Assembly: GCF_000737315.1 (NCBI RefSeq) | Contig: NZ_JMCB01000004.1 | Span: 20,001-268,000, forward strand | Direction of reading: 5' to 3' | Origin: Hyalangium minutum | GTDB lineage: Bacteria > Myxococcota > Myxococcia > Myxococcales > Myxococcaceae | DNA: 248,000 nt | Part shown: piece after piece, positions 44,004 to 55,400 of the stretch | Numbering within the stretch: position 1 is the first letter of the stretch | Layout of the letters: each line of letters begins with the position of its first letter | The notes under the pieces: model-generated | What the model was told of the DNA's origin: nothing | Databases searched by the model: none | The model's input: the letters and a program-made list of their open reading frames with translations, nothing else | Program-made: the position numbers and the translations under genes

Positions 44004-45835
44004 AGCTCTACCAGCAGCTGATCCTCTTCATGCTGGCAGCCACCGTCCTGCCCCTCGCGGTGGTGGGCTTCTACCTTTTGTCGAGCTCCGAGGCGGAGCT
44101 CGTCCGGCGCATCTCCAGCGAGCAACGCGCGCTGGCCGAGGCCTCCGCCGAGAGCGTGGGCAGCACGCTCATGAAGACCGTGGATGCCATGGCGCTGGTG
44201 GCCGAGTCCCTCGAGTGGGACGGTCTCAATGATGATGAGGCCCGTGGCGCGCTGACCCTGATCTTCCGCCAGTCCAACGCCGTGAGCGCGGTGATGCGGC
44301 TGGACTCCGCCGGCAAGCCCCTGGGCCAGCCCGTGTTCTACACCCAGGAGTCCAATGGCCACCCGGGCTTCGCCGAGGCCTCCCTGGAGACGCTCTCGCA
44401 GTCCGTGCCCGTGCAGACGCTGAAGCATGGAGACAAGGGCCAGGCGGCCCTGGGCCGCGTCTACGCCCACGCCCTCAGCGGGCATTCCGCCGTCGCCGTG
44501 GCCATCAAGCTGGGCGCTGGCGAGAATGCCTCGTTCGCCCTGGCCGAGATCGTCCTGAAGGACCTGGAAGACGTGCTGGCGCACAAGGCCAAGGACAGCG
44601 TGGGCCGGTTGGATCTGGTGGATAGCACCGGGCGCATCCTGGTGAGCTCCGAGCCCGAGCGGCGGCTCGCCATGCTGGAGGCCGCTGTCCAGGCCCAGCG
44701 GACCGCCGCCGCGGGAGAGATGGTCCGCAGCTTCCAGGTGGAGCAGCCCTCGCTCCGAGTGAGCGCGGCACGGGTGCCGCGGGCGCTGGACTTCGACGTG
44801 GTGGTCTCCGTGGACGAGGCCGTGGCCCTGGCCCCCGTCCGCACCATGCGCCACACGGTGCTGGGCTCCATTGGCGGCTCGTTCGCGGTGCTGTTGGCCC
44901 TGGGCGCGCTCTTCACCCGCCGCATCACCGCCCGGCTCTCCCAGGTCTCCTCCGCCGTCGAGGCCCTGGGGCGCGGCGAGCTGGATCGGCGCGTGAAGGT
45001 GGATGGCGATGACGAGATCAGCGCCCTGGCCTCCACCTTCAACATCATGGGCGCCGAGCTGGAGGCGGCCCGCGCTCGGCTCATGCGCTGGAACGATGAT
45101 CTGCGCGCCAAGGTGGATGAGGCCACGGCCGAGTTGAAGGCCGCCCAGGTTCAGTTGCTCGAGGCGCAGAAGCTGGCCGCCGTGGGCCAGTTGGGCGCCG
45201 GCGTGGCCCACGAGCTCAACAACCCGCTGGCCGGCATCCTCGGCTACGTGCAGCTCATGCTCATGAGCCGCAACGACAGCGACGATGACATGGACACGCT
45301 GCGGAAGATCGAGCAGAGCGCCAAGCGCTGCAAGGAGATCACCCAGAACCTCCTGCGCTTCTCCCAGCAGCGCGCCCGCGCGGACCTGCGTGCCGTGGAC
45401 CTGAACAACGTGGTGCGCGAGGCGCTCAGCCTCACCGAGAGCCAGATGAAGGGAGAGGGCGTCTCCCTCCAGATGGAGCTGGCGCCTCCCGTGCGCGTGA
45501 AGGCGGACCCCGCGCAGTCCACCCAGGTGGTGCTGGCCCTCGTGTCCAACGCCCGCACCGCCATGCTGAAGACGGGCTCCAAGGTCCTCACCCTCCGGAC
45601 GGGCGAGCGCGACGGCAAGGGCTTCATCGAAGTCGAGGACACCGGCAAGGGCATCCTCCCCGAGCACCGCCACCGCGTCTTCGAGCCCTTCTTCACCACC
45701 AAGGATGTGTGGTCCAATGTGGGGCTCGGGCTGTCGGTGGCCTACCGGATCGTGAGTGAAGCCGGCGGCACCATCGACATGCGGAGCGAGGTGGGCAAGG
45801 GATCGTGCTTCACCGTGTGGCTGACGAAGGCGTGA
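44000..45835 (+). CDS. Membrane sensor histidine kinase (periplasmic Cache-like, HAMP)
   Basis: Two TMs, HAMP, HELNNPL, NVGLGL. Confidence 0.92.
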   Translation: MKLYQQLILFMLAATVLPLAVVGFYLLSSSEAELVRRISSEQRALAEASAESVGSTLMKTVDAMALVAESLEWDGLNDDEARGALTLIFRQSNAVSAVMRLDSAGKPLGQPVFYTQESNGHPGFAEASLETLSQSVPVQTLKHGDKGQAALGRVYAHALSGHSAVAVAIKLGAGENASFALAEIVLKDLEDVLAHKAKDSVGRLDLVDSTGRILVSSEPERRLAMLEAAVQAQRTAAAGEMVRSFQVEQPSLRVSAARVPRALDFDVVVSVDEAVALAPVRTMRHTVLGSIGGSFAVLLALGALFTRRITARLSQVSSAVEALGRGELDRRVKVDGDDEISALASTFNIMGAELEAARARLMRWNDDLRAKVDEATAELKAAQVQLLEAQKLAAVGQLGAGVAHELNNPLAGILGYVQLMLMSRNDSDDDMDTLRKIEQSAKRCKEITQNLLRFSQQRARADLRAVDLNNVVREALSLTESQMKGEGVSLQMELAPPVRVKADPAQSTQVVLALVSNARTAMLKTGSKVLTLRTGERDGKGFIEVEDTGKGILPEHRHRVFEPFFTTKDVWSNVGLGLSVAYRIVSEAGGTIDMRSEVGKGSCFTVWLTKA

Positions 45836-45872
45836 GCCTCGCCCGCGCGTGCGGTAGCCTTGCGACAACACA

Positions 45873-46856
45873 ATGGCTGGAAATTCTCCCCCCAGGCGCC
45901 AGGCGCCCTTCATCCTCGGGCTCGTCCTGATCCTCGCGGCGCTGCCGCTGGGGTACTTCGTGTTTCTCCACCAGCCTCCGCCGCCTCCCGTGGCGCCTCC
46001 GCCGCCGCCACCGCCGCCCGCGGTCGTCGAGCAGAAGGCTCCGGAGAAGCCCCAGGAACTGACGATCACCGATGTGAAGGGTGACGTCGAGGTCCGGCGC
46101 GCGGACGGCACGTGGGAGCCGGTGAAGCCCGGCCGCAAGCTGCTCCCTTCAGAGGTGCTGCGCACCAAGGACGGCGGGACGGCGTCTCTCCGTGGCGACG
46201 CCGCGGACGTGACAGTGGAGCCCAGCTCCGAGATGTCGATGGAGGAGATCTCCGCCACCGCGACCCGGTTCCTGCTCGTCAACGGTATGGCGACCGCCGA
46301 GGTGCACTCGGGCGTCCGGCACACCTTGGTGATGCGCGCCACGGGCAGTGATGCCGTGGCGACCACCACCGCAGGCAAGTTCGCCATGAGCAACAACGGC
46401 GCGGGCACCGTCGCCGTCGGCACGCAGGCGGGTGAGGTCACCTTCCAGGGCAACGGGAAGATCGTCATCGTCCGCGCCGGCCAGCAGTCCGTGGTGCGGC
46501 CGGGCTCCAGCGGCCCCTCCGAGCCGGTGAACATTCCCTCCAGCCTGCTGCGCAAGGTGCAGTGGCCCTCGGCGCGGCAGAACAAGCGCGAGATCATCGT
46601 TCAGGGCGAGGCCGAGCCCGGCACCCGCCTGGAGATCGGCGGACAGACGTTCTCTCCGGGCCAGGACGGCGTCTTCACTCGCACCGTGTCCCTGAAGGAA
46701 GGGGAGAACGACGTGAAGCTCAAGGTCTCCTCCGTGGGCGGCAACCAGGAGGAGGCGAGCCAGAAGTTCCACGTCGACACCCAGGCTCCCAAGTTCAAGG
46801 TGAAGATCCCCTGGAATAACGCAGGGGGTCAGACTTCACCCAATCCGAATCCCTGA
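45873..46856 (+). CDS. FecR-domain protein with C-terminal Ig-like domain
   Basis: N-terminal TM, poly-Pro, FecR-like beta repeats, glucodextranase-B-like Ig. Confidence 0.72.
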   Translation: MAGNSPPRRQAPFILGLVLILAALPLGYFVFLHQPPPPPVAPPPPPPPPAVVEQKAPEKPQELTITDVKGDVEVRRADGTWEPVKPGRKLLPSEVLRTKDGGTASLRGDAADVTVEPSSEMSMEEISATATRFLLVNGMATAEVHSGVRHTLVMRATGSDAVATTTAGKFAMSNNGAGTVAVGTQAGEVTFQGNGKIVIVRAGQQSVVRPGSSGPSEPVNIPSSLLRKVQWPSARQNKREIIVQGEAEPGTRLEIGGQTFSPGQDGVFTRTVSLKEGENDVKLKVSSVGGNQEEASQKFHVDTQAPKFKVKIPWNNAGGQTSPNPNP

Positions 46857-46948
46857 AGCGCATGACGCCTCGGCGCTGCCAGCCGAGTTCCCGCCCTGCG
46901 AGATAGGATTTCTGGGATTCCGGAGGGGATTGTAGAGTCGGAGACAAT

Positions 46949-48886
46949 CTGAACCGGCTTGCTCCAGTCCTGCTCCTACTGCTCGCTCCGGCAGCGCTGG
47001 CGGATACGCTCGAAATCCTCGGGCCTTCCGAGGCCGTGCCGCCGGAGGGCTTTGCCGTGGCGCTCGTGCGGCGCGACGCGGTGGGGGCCCCTGCTTCTCT
47101 GGAGGCCCCGGTGCTGTCCGCCGAGGGCGCTGAGGTTCGCGCTGGAGCTCCGCAGCCGCCGCTGAGCACCTTCCTCGTCCAGCCCCAGCCGGGCGCTCGG
47201 ACCGTGGTGCTGCACGCTCGCTCCGGCTCGCTGCAGGCCGAAGCGCGGTATGCCATTGGCCCTCCGGTCTCCGCTGTCACCTTGGCGCTCGAGCCCGCCA
47301 CTCCCGTGAAGGGACGGGACAAGGAAGCCACCCTCACCGTGCGGCTGCTGCGGCCGGATGGGACGCCGGATGATTCCGGTGCGCCGCCCGTGGTGCGCTC
47401 GAACGTGGGCCGCGTGGAGGCGCTCTCGAGGACGGGGCCCGGCACGTACCGCGCCCGCTACGTGCTGCCCTCCACGAGCTACCCGGAGGTGGCCGTCCTC
47501 GTGGCGCTCTCGGCATGGCCGCACCCGCAGTCCATCTATGGCGCGTTCGGGAAGATGCTCGTCCCGCTGGCGGCGGCCGTGGATCTGCCGGGCGAGACGG
47601 AGCCGGATGCGCAGATCTCCATCACCATCGCCGGGAAGACGTATGGCCCGGCGCAGGCCGGCAGGGATGGGAGCTTCCAGCTCCCGGTGATCGTCCCTCC
47701 TGGGTTTCCGTTCGGACAGGGGCGCGTGGTGGACAGGGCGGGCAACGTCCGGCGCACGCCCATCGATCTCGGCGTGCCTCCCACGGATGGCCTGGCCTGC
47801 GTGCTCAACCCAACGCGGCTGCCCGCGGATGGGGCCTCGCGCGCGCGGCTGCTGTGCGCGGCGAGTGATCGGCTGGGCCGGCTCATGCCGGATGCCCGCG
47901 TCACCGCGAAGCCGCGCTACGGAACGCTGCGAGGGCCCCAGCGCGCCGAGGGCGGTCTGCTCGAGTGGATCTACACGGCGCCTCGGGAGCTCCCCACGGA
48001 GCCCGAGCGCATCCTGGCGGCGTGGCCCCAGGGCGGCTCGAACTCTCGGGAGGAGCTGACGCTCCAGCTGGTCCAGGGGCCGGTGGAGAAGGTCTCCGTG
48101 TCCATGGCCGAGCCGCTCGTGCACCACGGCGCCGAGGTGCCGCTGGCCGTCGAGGTGGAGGATGCCTTCGGCCGGCGCCGCCCGGGTGCCCAGGTGGTGC
48201 TCAGCGTTCCCGAGGGGACAGCCTCTCCGCTGAAGGAAGAGCGCCCGGGAACGTTCCGAGGCACGTGGACACTGCCCGCCGAGGGGCCGGGCGGGGAGGG
48301 CGTCGTACAGGTGCGCGCGTTTGGCCCCGTTGGCAGCGAGCCCGCTCGCCTCAGTGCGTGGGTCCGGGACGGAGAGCTGTTCGTAGGCGTGTCGGATCTG
48401 GCCGGCCTGCCCATCCCCGCGCAGCCGTTGAAGGTGGGCGGTGAGCAGCGCGAGACGGGAGCGGATGGCACGGTGAGCCTGGGCCTGCTGCGCCCCGGCC
48501 GGGTCGAGGTCGTCCACGGCATCTGGCCCGGGCTGCGCAAGGTGATTCATGTGCTGGGCTCCAGCGGCCCGGTGTATCCGCAGGACCTCCCGCTGGTGCC
48601 CGCTCCCGTGGAGAAGAAGGTGAGCATCGAGGCCTTCATCCCCGTGAACGTGCGGCTCCAGGTGGAGGGCTCTCGGGTGACGTACTGGGCGGAGGATCTC
48701 CGCGGGAACGTGCTCCCTCAGCGCCCCCTGCATGTGGCGCTCTCTTCCGGACGCCAGGAGGCGGTGGAGAAGCTCCGTGACGGGAAGATCCGGTTCACCG
48801 TCGCAGGCGCCCGGCCCGGGCGGGTCAGCGTGTCCGTGGCGGATGTGCAGACGGGGATGACGGCTGTGGCCGAGGTGAAGCCGTGA
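46949..48886 (+). CDS. Exported invasin/filamin-like Ig-repeat protein (probable CTG start)
   Basis: Signal peptide (M)NRLAPVLLLLAPAALA upstream of the ORF-track start; Ig strands with GTYRARY/GTFRGTW. Confidence 0.6.
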   Translation: MNRLAPVLLLLLAPAALADTLEILGPSEAVPPEGFAVALVRRDAVGAPASLEAPVLSAEGAEVRAGAPQPPLSTFLVQPQPGARTVVLHARSGSLQAEARYAIGPPVSAVTLALEPATPVKGRDKEATLTVRLLRPDGTPDDSGAPPVVRSNVGRVEALSRTGPGTYRARYVLPSTSYPEVAVLVALSAWPHPQSIYGAFGKMLVPLAAAVDLPGETEPDAQISITIAGKTYGPAQAGRDGSFQLPVIVPPGFPFGQGRVVDRAGNVRRTPIDLGVPPTDGLACVLNPTRLPADGASRARLLCAASDRLGRLMPDARVTAKPRYGTLRGPQRAEGGLLEWIYTAPRELPTEPERILAAWPQGGSNSREELTLQLVQGPVEKVSVSMAEPLVHHGAEVPLAVEVEDAFGRRRPGAQVVLSVPEGTASPLKEERPGTFRGTWTLPAEGPGGEGVVQVRAFGPVGSEPARLSAWVRDGELFVGVSDLAGLPIPAQPLKVGGEQRETGADGTVSLGLLRPGRVEVVHGIWPGLRKVIHVLGSSGPVYPQDLPLVPAPVEKKVSIEAFIPVNVRLQVEGSRVTYWAEDLRGNVLPQRPLHVALSSGRQEAVEKLRDGKIRFTVAGARPGRVSVSVADVQTGMTAVAEVKP

Positions 48887-51800
48887 GGTGGATCGCCTGC
48901 ATGCTCGGCGTCGTGCTCCTGCCCTGGACCGTCCGGGCGCAGGGCGGGGTGGAGGATCCACCGGCGCTCTCGTCCACGGTGGCCGGGCGCGTGTGTGACG
49001 ATCGCGATGGAGATGGGCGCTGCGCTCCGGACGAGCCGGGCCTGGCCGGGGTGCGGCTGGTGCTCGCCACGGGCAGCGAGGTGCGGACGGATGCGCAGGG
49101 GCGCTACCACCTCACGGGCGTGGACTCGCGCACCCCAGACCGGACGGGCGGCGTGCACCTGCGGCCGGGGCGCCACCGCCTGCGCGTGGATCCGCGTACC
49201 TTGCCGCCCGGGAGCAGGCCGAGCCCCGAGGCCGTCACGGTGGAGGTGCCCTGGGGCGCCGTGGTGCTGCAGGACTTCGCGATCCGCGTCCGCGTGGAGT
49301 CCGTGAGGGCTCTGGCACCCCCGCCCGCCGAGGCCCCTCCCCAGGCGGAGATCCGAGATGAGGGCCTCGCCTTCGTCGTGACGGGGCAGGCCTCGCCGGG
49401 CGATCGCGTGCGCGTTGCGGACACCGAGGCCGAGGTGTCCGCGGATGGAATCTACCGCGCGACCGTGATGCTCGGGCCCGGAGAGAACGTGCTCTCCATC
49501 ACCGCGACCTCGCCGGGCGGAACAGCGCGCTTCTTCCGCCAGCGCGTCGATGCCGTACGGCGGCAGGGCAGTTGGCTCATCGCTCCCCGCGCCATCGAGC
49601 CTCAGGGCGTGCTGCGGCTGCCGGCCGGGCCCGAAGAGGAGGTGCCCAGCGGCATGGCCTCTCTGCGCGTGGAGGCTCCCAAGGGAACGCGCGTGCGCTC
49701 GCCTCAAGGTGAGGTAACGGTGGGGCCCCAGGGTGAGGCCGAAGTGCCGGTGACCCTCACGCCCGGGCGGAACACGGTGGCTCTCGAGCTGGAGCGGCCG
49801 GGTGAGGCGGCCCGGAAGGAGACGCTGGAGATCGTCGCCGCAGCACGGCCCTTCGCCGTGGGGTTACTGGATCTCGAGGGCGCATACTCGCTCGGCGAGG
49901 GGGACTTCCAGCTCCACGGGCGTGGCGCGGCCCATGTGGAGGCCCAGCTGGGTCAGCTTCAGCTGCTCGGTGAGGTGGACCTGCGCGACACGGACTTCCG
50001 GGCGCTCCACTCTCGGGATGCGTCGTCCTGGCTGCGGCCCCGCTTACCCGAGCGCTTCGAGCGCAGCCTGGACCCGGAGCGGGCCATCAACGAGTGGGGA
50101 GATAACTCCGTTTCCCTGGCGCCCAACGCCTCCGAGGGCCGTCTGCGCCTGGAGGCCCGGCATGAGGCGTTCGGGCGCGCGGGCCTCGGGACATACCGGG
50201 CCCTCATGGCCGAGGGCGAGGTGGGCCGCTACTACCAGCCTCTCTTTGGACCCTTCGCGGAGCTGAGGACGGAGGCGGGCCCCGTCCGCGTGGGCGTGAA
50301 CGCGTTCGCGGGCAGCCTCTCGGATCCCGTGCGGGGCCTGTCCTCCAAGCCCGCCCACGAGGAGCTGCGGGCCACTGGCGGCAGCCTCTACTTCCTGGGC
50401 GCGACGGCCATCGCGGAGGGCTCCGAGTTGCTGCGCGTGGAGCTGCGGGACGGGCTCACCGGACTGCCCCTGGCCGAGCAGCACCTGGTGCGCGGCAAGG
50501 ACTACGAGATCGATTACCTCGCGGGGCGCATCTTCCTGGCGCGGCCGCTGTCGTTCCTGGCGGGCGGCCCGTGGCTGCGCACCGATGCGCTGACGGCGGC
50601 TCCCGAGCCCGTGCTTGTCGCCGACTACGCCGCGCTCGAGCTGTCGGGCTCTCGGGACTCGGCCGGTGGCGAGGCTTGGGCGGAGTGGGGTGGTTCGCGC
50701 GTGTCTCTCTCTGGAGTGCGCGAGCGCCGCGCGGGGGCTCCTTATGGGCTCTTCTCTGGGCGGGCGCGGAGCAAGCTGGCGGGCTACACGCTGGAGGCCG
50801 AGGCGGCTCGCAGCTCCGGGCTGGCCATCTCGCCCGAGGTGTTCGGTGTCTCGGACGACGGCGGAATCACGTACCTGCGGCCCACGAGGGACCTGGCCAC
50901 AGGCGGCGACGCGCTCGGTGTCCGGGTGCATGGCCCAGGGCCGCTTGGAGGCGGCTCGGTGGACGCGGCGTTCCGGTGGCGGGACCGTGGCTTCTCCGAT
51001 GGCGCGCACACCGAGACCGCGCTCTTCCGGCAGCTCTCCCTGCGCGCCTCGCAGCCGGTGGGGGCTTTCCGCCTCACGCTGCTCGGGGATGATCGGACCA
51101 CCGCGGATCCGCGCTTGCCGTTTGCTTCCACCTCCATCTCCGCGCGCACACTGGGTCTGGGCGCCGCGTACGAGCGCGAGGACTGGAGCGTCCGTCTGGA
51201 GCTGAGGGACGCGTGGCTCCGCGCCTCCGAGCTGGCAGGGGAGGGGATCGCGCTGGAGGGTGGACGGACCTCGGTGGGCCTCCAGGGGCGTTTGCGCGTG
51301 CACGAGCGCGTGGTGCTCACGGCGGGGCATCGGCAAGCGCTCCTGATGCGCGGCGCGGGGTTGGGCAGTGTGGATGACTCGTTTGCTTCGGCGGGCGTGG
51401 ACGTGCAGCTGGACGAGGACACCACCGTGGGCGTCCGCGGCGGCTGGGGGCCGGAGCTGGGCCCGCAAGTCTGGGCGAACGCCGCCGTGCGCCGCGGGCC
51501 CGAGGTCTTCTATGGCGGCTACTCGGCGGACGTGGACGGTCCGGACTTCGGGGCGGGCCGCGCCGTCATGGGGGCTCGGACCGAGCTGGACGATGGGACG
51601 AGCGTCTTCGTGGAGGACGTCAGCGCGCACGATGCGAACGCGGTGCGGCAGGCCCGTGCGGTGGGCTTCCAGCAGGCCCTCTTCGGCGGGCTCCAGGTGG
51701 GGGGCCGCTACGAGCGCGGCGTCCGCCACCCGCTGGATCTGCCCTCTTCGCTGACGCGGGACAGCGGTGGGCTGTTCGGGCAGCTCGTGCGCGAGCGCTT

Positions 51801-52464
51801 CCGCGTGGACGGCCGGGCGGAGCTGCGCCGCGAGCGGGGCACGCCCGTGCGCGGGGCACAGGTGCCGGTGGATCGGGTGCAGGCGGTGGTGGCGCTCGCC
51901 GCCGAGGCGCTGCTGCGCGAGGACCTGAGCCTCTCCGGGCGCGTGAACTTCGCTCGCACTGTGGGTGGGGAACAGCTGGAGGAACGGCTGCTGGAGGGGT
52001 CGGCCGGCGCGGCATGGAGGCCCGGCCCGTTCCTCCTCGTGGCGCGCTACAGTGTCACCCGCGAGCTGCTCCCGGGGGAGCGGGGCGCCTTCGGCGATCG
52101 GGCCTTGCAGGTCCTCTCGTTGTTGCCGGCGGTCCGGCTCGGAGATCGGCTGGCGGTGGCGGCCGGGGTGCACGCGGGGCGCTCGAGCCTGGGCGGCACG
52201 GCGGCCTGGGGCGTGACGGGGACGTTGCGGCCCTCCGTGCGGGTGGTCGGGGGTCTGGAAACGGCGGTGGAGGTCGCACGGCGGACAGCGGCGAGTGACG
52301 GTGGCGCGCTGAGCTCGCTACGGGCCGAGGTGGGGTATCGGGTGGACGAAGGCCTGCGGTTCGCCGCAGGCTACACGGTGTTGGGTTTCAGCGGCCTCGG
52401 GCTGTCTGGAGAGACGACGGATGAGTCGAACCGGCTCTACCTCCGAGCAGAGATCGCCTACTGA
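48883..52464 (+). CDS. Large outer-membrane protein (SdrD-B-like N-terminus, long beta-strand C-terminus)
   Basis: DDRDGDGRC Ca-binding loop; amphipathic beta strands; ends YLRAEIAY. Confidence 0.65.
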   Translation: MRWIACMLGVVLLPWTVRAQGGVEDPPALSSTVAGRVCDDRDGDGRCAPDEPGLAGVRLVLATGSEVRTDAQGRYHLTGVDSRTPDRTGGVHLRPGRHRLRVDPRTLPPGSRPSPEAVTVEVPWGAVVLQDFAIRVRVESVRALAPPPAEAPPQAEIRDEGLAFVVTGQASPGDRVRVADTEAEVSADGIYRATVMLGPGENVLSITATSPGGTARFFRQRVDAVRRQGSWLIAPRAIEPQGVLRLPAGPEEEVPSGMASLRVEAPKGTRVRSPQGEVTVGPQGEAEVPVTLTPGRNTVALELERPGEAARKETLEIVAAARPFAVGLLDLEGAYSLGEGDFQLHGRGAAHVEAQLGQLQLLGEVDLRDTDFRALHSRDASSWLRPRLPERFERSLDPERAINEWGDNSVSLAPNASEGRLRLEARHEAFGRAGLGTYRALMAEGEVGRYYQPLFGPFAELRTEAGPVRVGVNAFAGSLSDPVRGLSSKPAHEELRATGGSLYFLGATAIAEGSELLRVELRDGLTGLPLAEQHLVRGKDYEIDYLAGRIFLARPLSFLAGGPWLRTDALTAAPEPVLVADYAALELSGSRDSAGGEAWAEWGGSRVSLSGVRERRAGAPYGLFSGRARSKLAGYTLEAEAARSSGLAISPEVFGVSDDGGITYLRPTRDLATGGDALGVRVHGPGPLGGGSVDAAFRWRDRGFSDGAHTETALFRQLSLRASQPVGAFRLTLLGDDRTTADPRLPFASTSISARTLGLGAAYEREDWSVRLELRDAWLRASELAGEGIALEGGRTSVGLQGRLRVHERVVLTAGHRQALLMRGAGLGSVDDSFASAGVDVQLDEDTTVGVRGGWGPELGPQVWANAAVRRGPEVFYGGYSADVDGPDFGAGRAVMGARTELDDGTSVFVEDVSAHDANAVRQARAVGFQQALFGGLQVGGRYERGVRHPLDLPSSLTRDSGGLFGQLVRERFRVDGRAELRRERGTPVRGAQVPVDRVQAVVALAAEALLREDLSLSGRVNFARTVGGEQLEERLLEGSAGAAWRPGPFLLVARYSVTRELLPGERGAFGDRALQVLSLLPAVRLGDRLAVAAGVHAGRSSLGGTAAWGVTGTLRPSVRVVGGLETAVEVARRTAASDGGALSSLRAEVGYRVDEGLRFAAGYTVLGFSGLGLSGETTDESNRLYLRAEIAY

Positions 52465-55400
52465 GTGGAGGCCTCGGGTGAGGCTCGCCTTGATGGCGGG
52501 CCTGCTGCTGACGGTGGCCACCACGGCCAGCGCCAGCTGGACAGTGAAGGACGTCCCCGGCACTCCGAATGACGTGGAGGTGTGGGACGACACGCGCTTC
52601 TCCGTGTCGACCAGCACGGGGGCCTATCTGTACAGCACGGATGGGGGGACGCTCGCGAGCCTCTCCACAGGCCCCTCCACAGGCACCTACCTCACGGGCA
52701 ATGGATGTTTTGCCAGCTTCGTGAGCAACGATTCCGTGGTGTCTCCGGCGAACTGTGCCGGCGCGGACAACGTGCTCGGTGATAACCGGCTCGCGGGTCC
52801 CAAGGTGAAGGCCACCGAGACAGGGGCCTTCTACGCGTTGGTCCAGGAGCCTGACCTCGGTGCCGCACGGGTCGCTTTCGGGCCTCCCGGCAGCTTCGAG
52901 GCGAGGCCCTGGCGCTCGTATCAACTGTTTTCGGGAACGGCGATGGCCTTGGGGGTGGCGCACCACGGAGCTGCGGAGCATGCGCTGGCTGCGGTGAGCT
53001 TCCTGCGCGACGTGAACCTGCACTGGTTGATCGATGGTTCCCCCGCTGGCACCCCGATCACCCCCCTCAACGATGGAAGCTTCCCGCCCAAGGAGGTACA
53101 GACCATCGACTTGTTCCCCACGGGGCGCGCCGATCCCACGGCCCTGCTCGGCTGGAACAATGGGCTCTACCGAGGGGAGCTGAGCCGCGGCCCCGGTGCG
53201 AATGTCTCCTTCGGGGAGGTCCCCCTGCCTGGGGGCCCGGGCCTGGTCACGGCCCTGGATGTGAACACCGGAGTGGGGGCTCAGCACGGCGATGGCTTCG
53301 GCATGGCCACGGTCCGGCGCTCGGGCGGTGTCGCCCTGTTGAGGACGGTGCCGACAACTCGGCCCCAGGACATTGGGACCCAGTGGGTGGCGAGCACGCC
53401 GGTACCCGCATTGTCCTCGTTGCTCAGCCCGAGGTACCTGGAGTGCCAGGGCGCGAAGCTGTGCGTCGTCGCGCAGACCACCGCCAATACGGGCAACGTC
53501 TTCGTCTACATCAATGACGCGCCTCCGCAGCTCATGGTGGGGACGGGGCAGGCCGAGCCGTTCATCCTGCCCGAGCGCACGAGCCGCACCGTCAACGTGA
53601 GCGCCCCGGACTCGGATGGGGATCCGGTCCGGCTGGAGGTGTCGCCGAGCAGCGTGTCGCTCCCGGGCCTCACCATGACGCCGACGGTGGTGGGTGGAGG
53701 CGTGGACCTGGCGATCACCGCGGGCGCCGTCTGCGCGACCATTTCCCAGCCGCTCACGATCACCGCGACCGACGGCCTGGATGGTCACGCGGTGGTCCGG
53801 AACTATCTGCTCCAGGTGCAGCACACCCTCCAGCCCAATGCGCCCGTGATCACGCCGCAGGAGCAGCCGGGCCCCATTCCGGCGGGCAGTGGGCGTCGGA
53901 CCTTCAAGGCCAGCCAGACGAACGCCGGGTGCGTCATCCGCGAGTACCGGTGGACGCCGCTGTCTCCGGGCGCTCCCCCGCTCGAGCTGAGCGGAGCGGA
54001 CAAGTCGACCGCGGTCTTCGACTCGCCCCAGATTTTGTGCAATCCGCTGGGTGAGACCCACCGCTACCTCGTGGAGGCCGTCGACGAGGGCGGGTTGGTG
54101 TCCCAGCCTACCGACCTCACCCTCCAGGTGTTGCCGTGGGGGGCCCCGAGCCCGCCGCTCGCGCCCAACACGCAGGTGACGGTGGTCGCGGGGGACACGG
54201 CGAGTGGGCCCGTGTGGCTGAGGCCCGCTGCACCCGTCCACCCCTGCGAGGGGAGCAACGGCTTCCCGGGCGTAGAGACCGTGTGGGAGCTCGCGGACGG
54301 TCAGCCGCCTCCCCCAGGAGTCCGGCTGGTGACCCAGGACGGCACGCGCATCACGGGCTCCAGAGTCGTGACGCCGGAGCTCGGCATTGAAGCGGACGAG
54401 TGCATCGACGCCGAGTTCTCCATCGACGTGCAGCACTTCACGGCCGGGGCGCCGGGGCCTGCCAGCGCCGTGTCTCGGGTGCTCGTGAAGGTGCAGAGCC
54501 ACTTGAACCCGGTCTCCGAGGGCACGGTGACGCTCACCCCGACCCTCACGACCGCGGAGTCCGTGGCCGGCATCGCGGGCGTGACGGGGATCCAGTGCCT
54601 CGACCAGCGCACGGAGCGGCTTCAGGCGCGCCTGACCTTGAAGCAGGGGGGCATGGTGATCCGCGAGGCGACGGTTCCCGTGCCGGGGCCCTGGCAGTTC
54701 ACGCTGGGAGAGGCGTGCTTCGGAGCCACCTACCAGCTCGAGGGCGAGCTGCTGGCTGGAAAGAACTCGGGCTCTGGGGTGCTGCCGGGTGGACCGCAGT
54801 CGGTGGTGGTGCGTGAGGACATCTCCGTGCCTCCCGTTGAGAGGGTGACGCTGGAGCCCATGGAGGCTCCGCACTTGACGGCCCAGTGTGGCCAGCCGGC
54901 CACCGGCACGCTGGAGCAGCGTCCCCTGGCGCCGTGCGCGGAGCTGCCGGTGTCCTGGGAGCAGGTGGGCGGACCCGCGCTCACGGAGGCCTCCTTCACC
55001 GGCCAGCGGATCGATGTAGCCACGCAGGAAGCGGACTTCGGGGCGCTCATCGGCCAGCAGGTGGTGATGCGCATGCGCGCCCGGACGATGCAGGAGACCT
55101 CGCTGGATCAGGAGATTCCCATCACCGTGGAGCCCTTCGTCGAGCTGCAGCGCCGCACCGAGCGGGGCACGGGCACCGACACGGGGCTCGTGGGCGTGTC
55201 CGTGGAGTTGCGCAACACCACGGCGTGCGGCGTGAGCGAGGTGGAGCACTGGGAGCGCCTCGAGGGCATGGACTACCAGCCTGGCAGCGCGCGCTTCAAC
55301 GGCACACCCGTGGAGGCCGAGCTGGACGGGGACGTGCTCAAGATGAAGGGGCTCGTGCTGGAGGGCGGCAGCTTGGGCCAGCTCACCTACGTGGTGCGCC

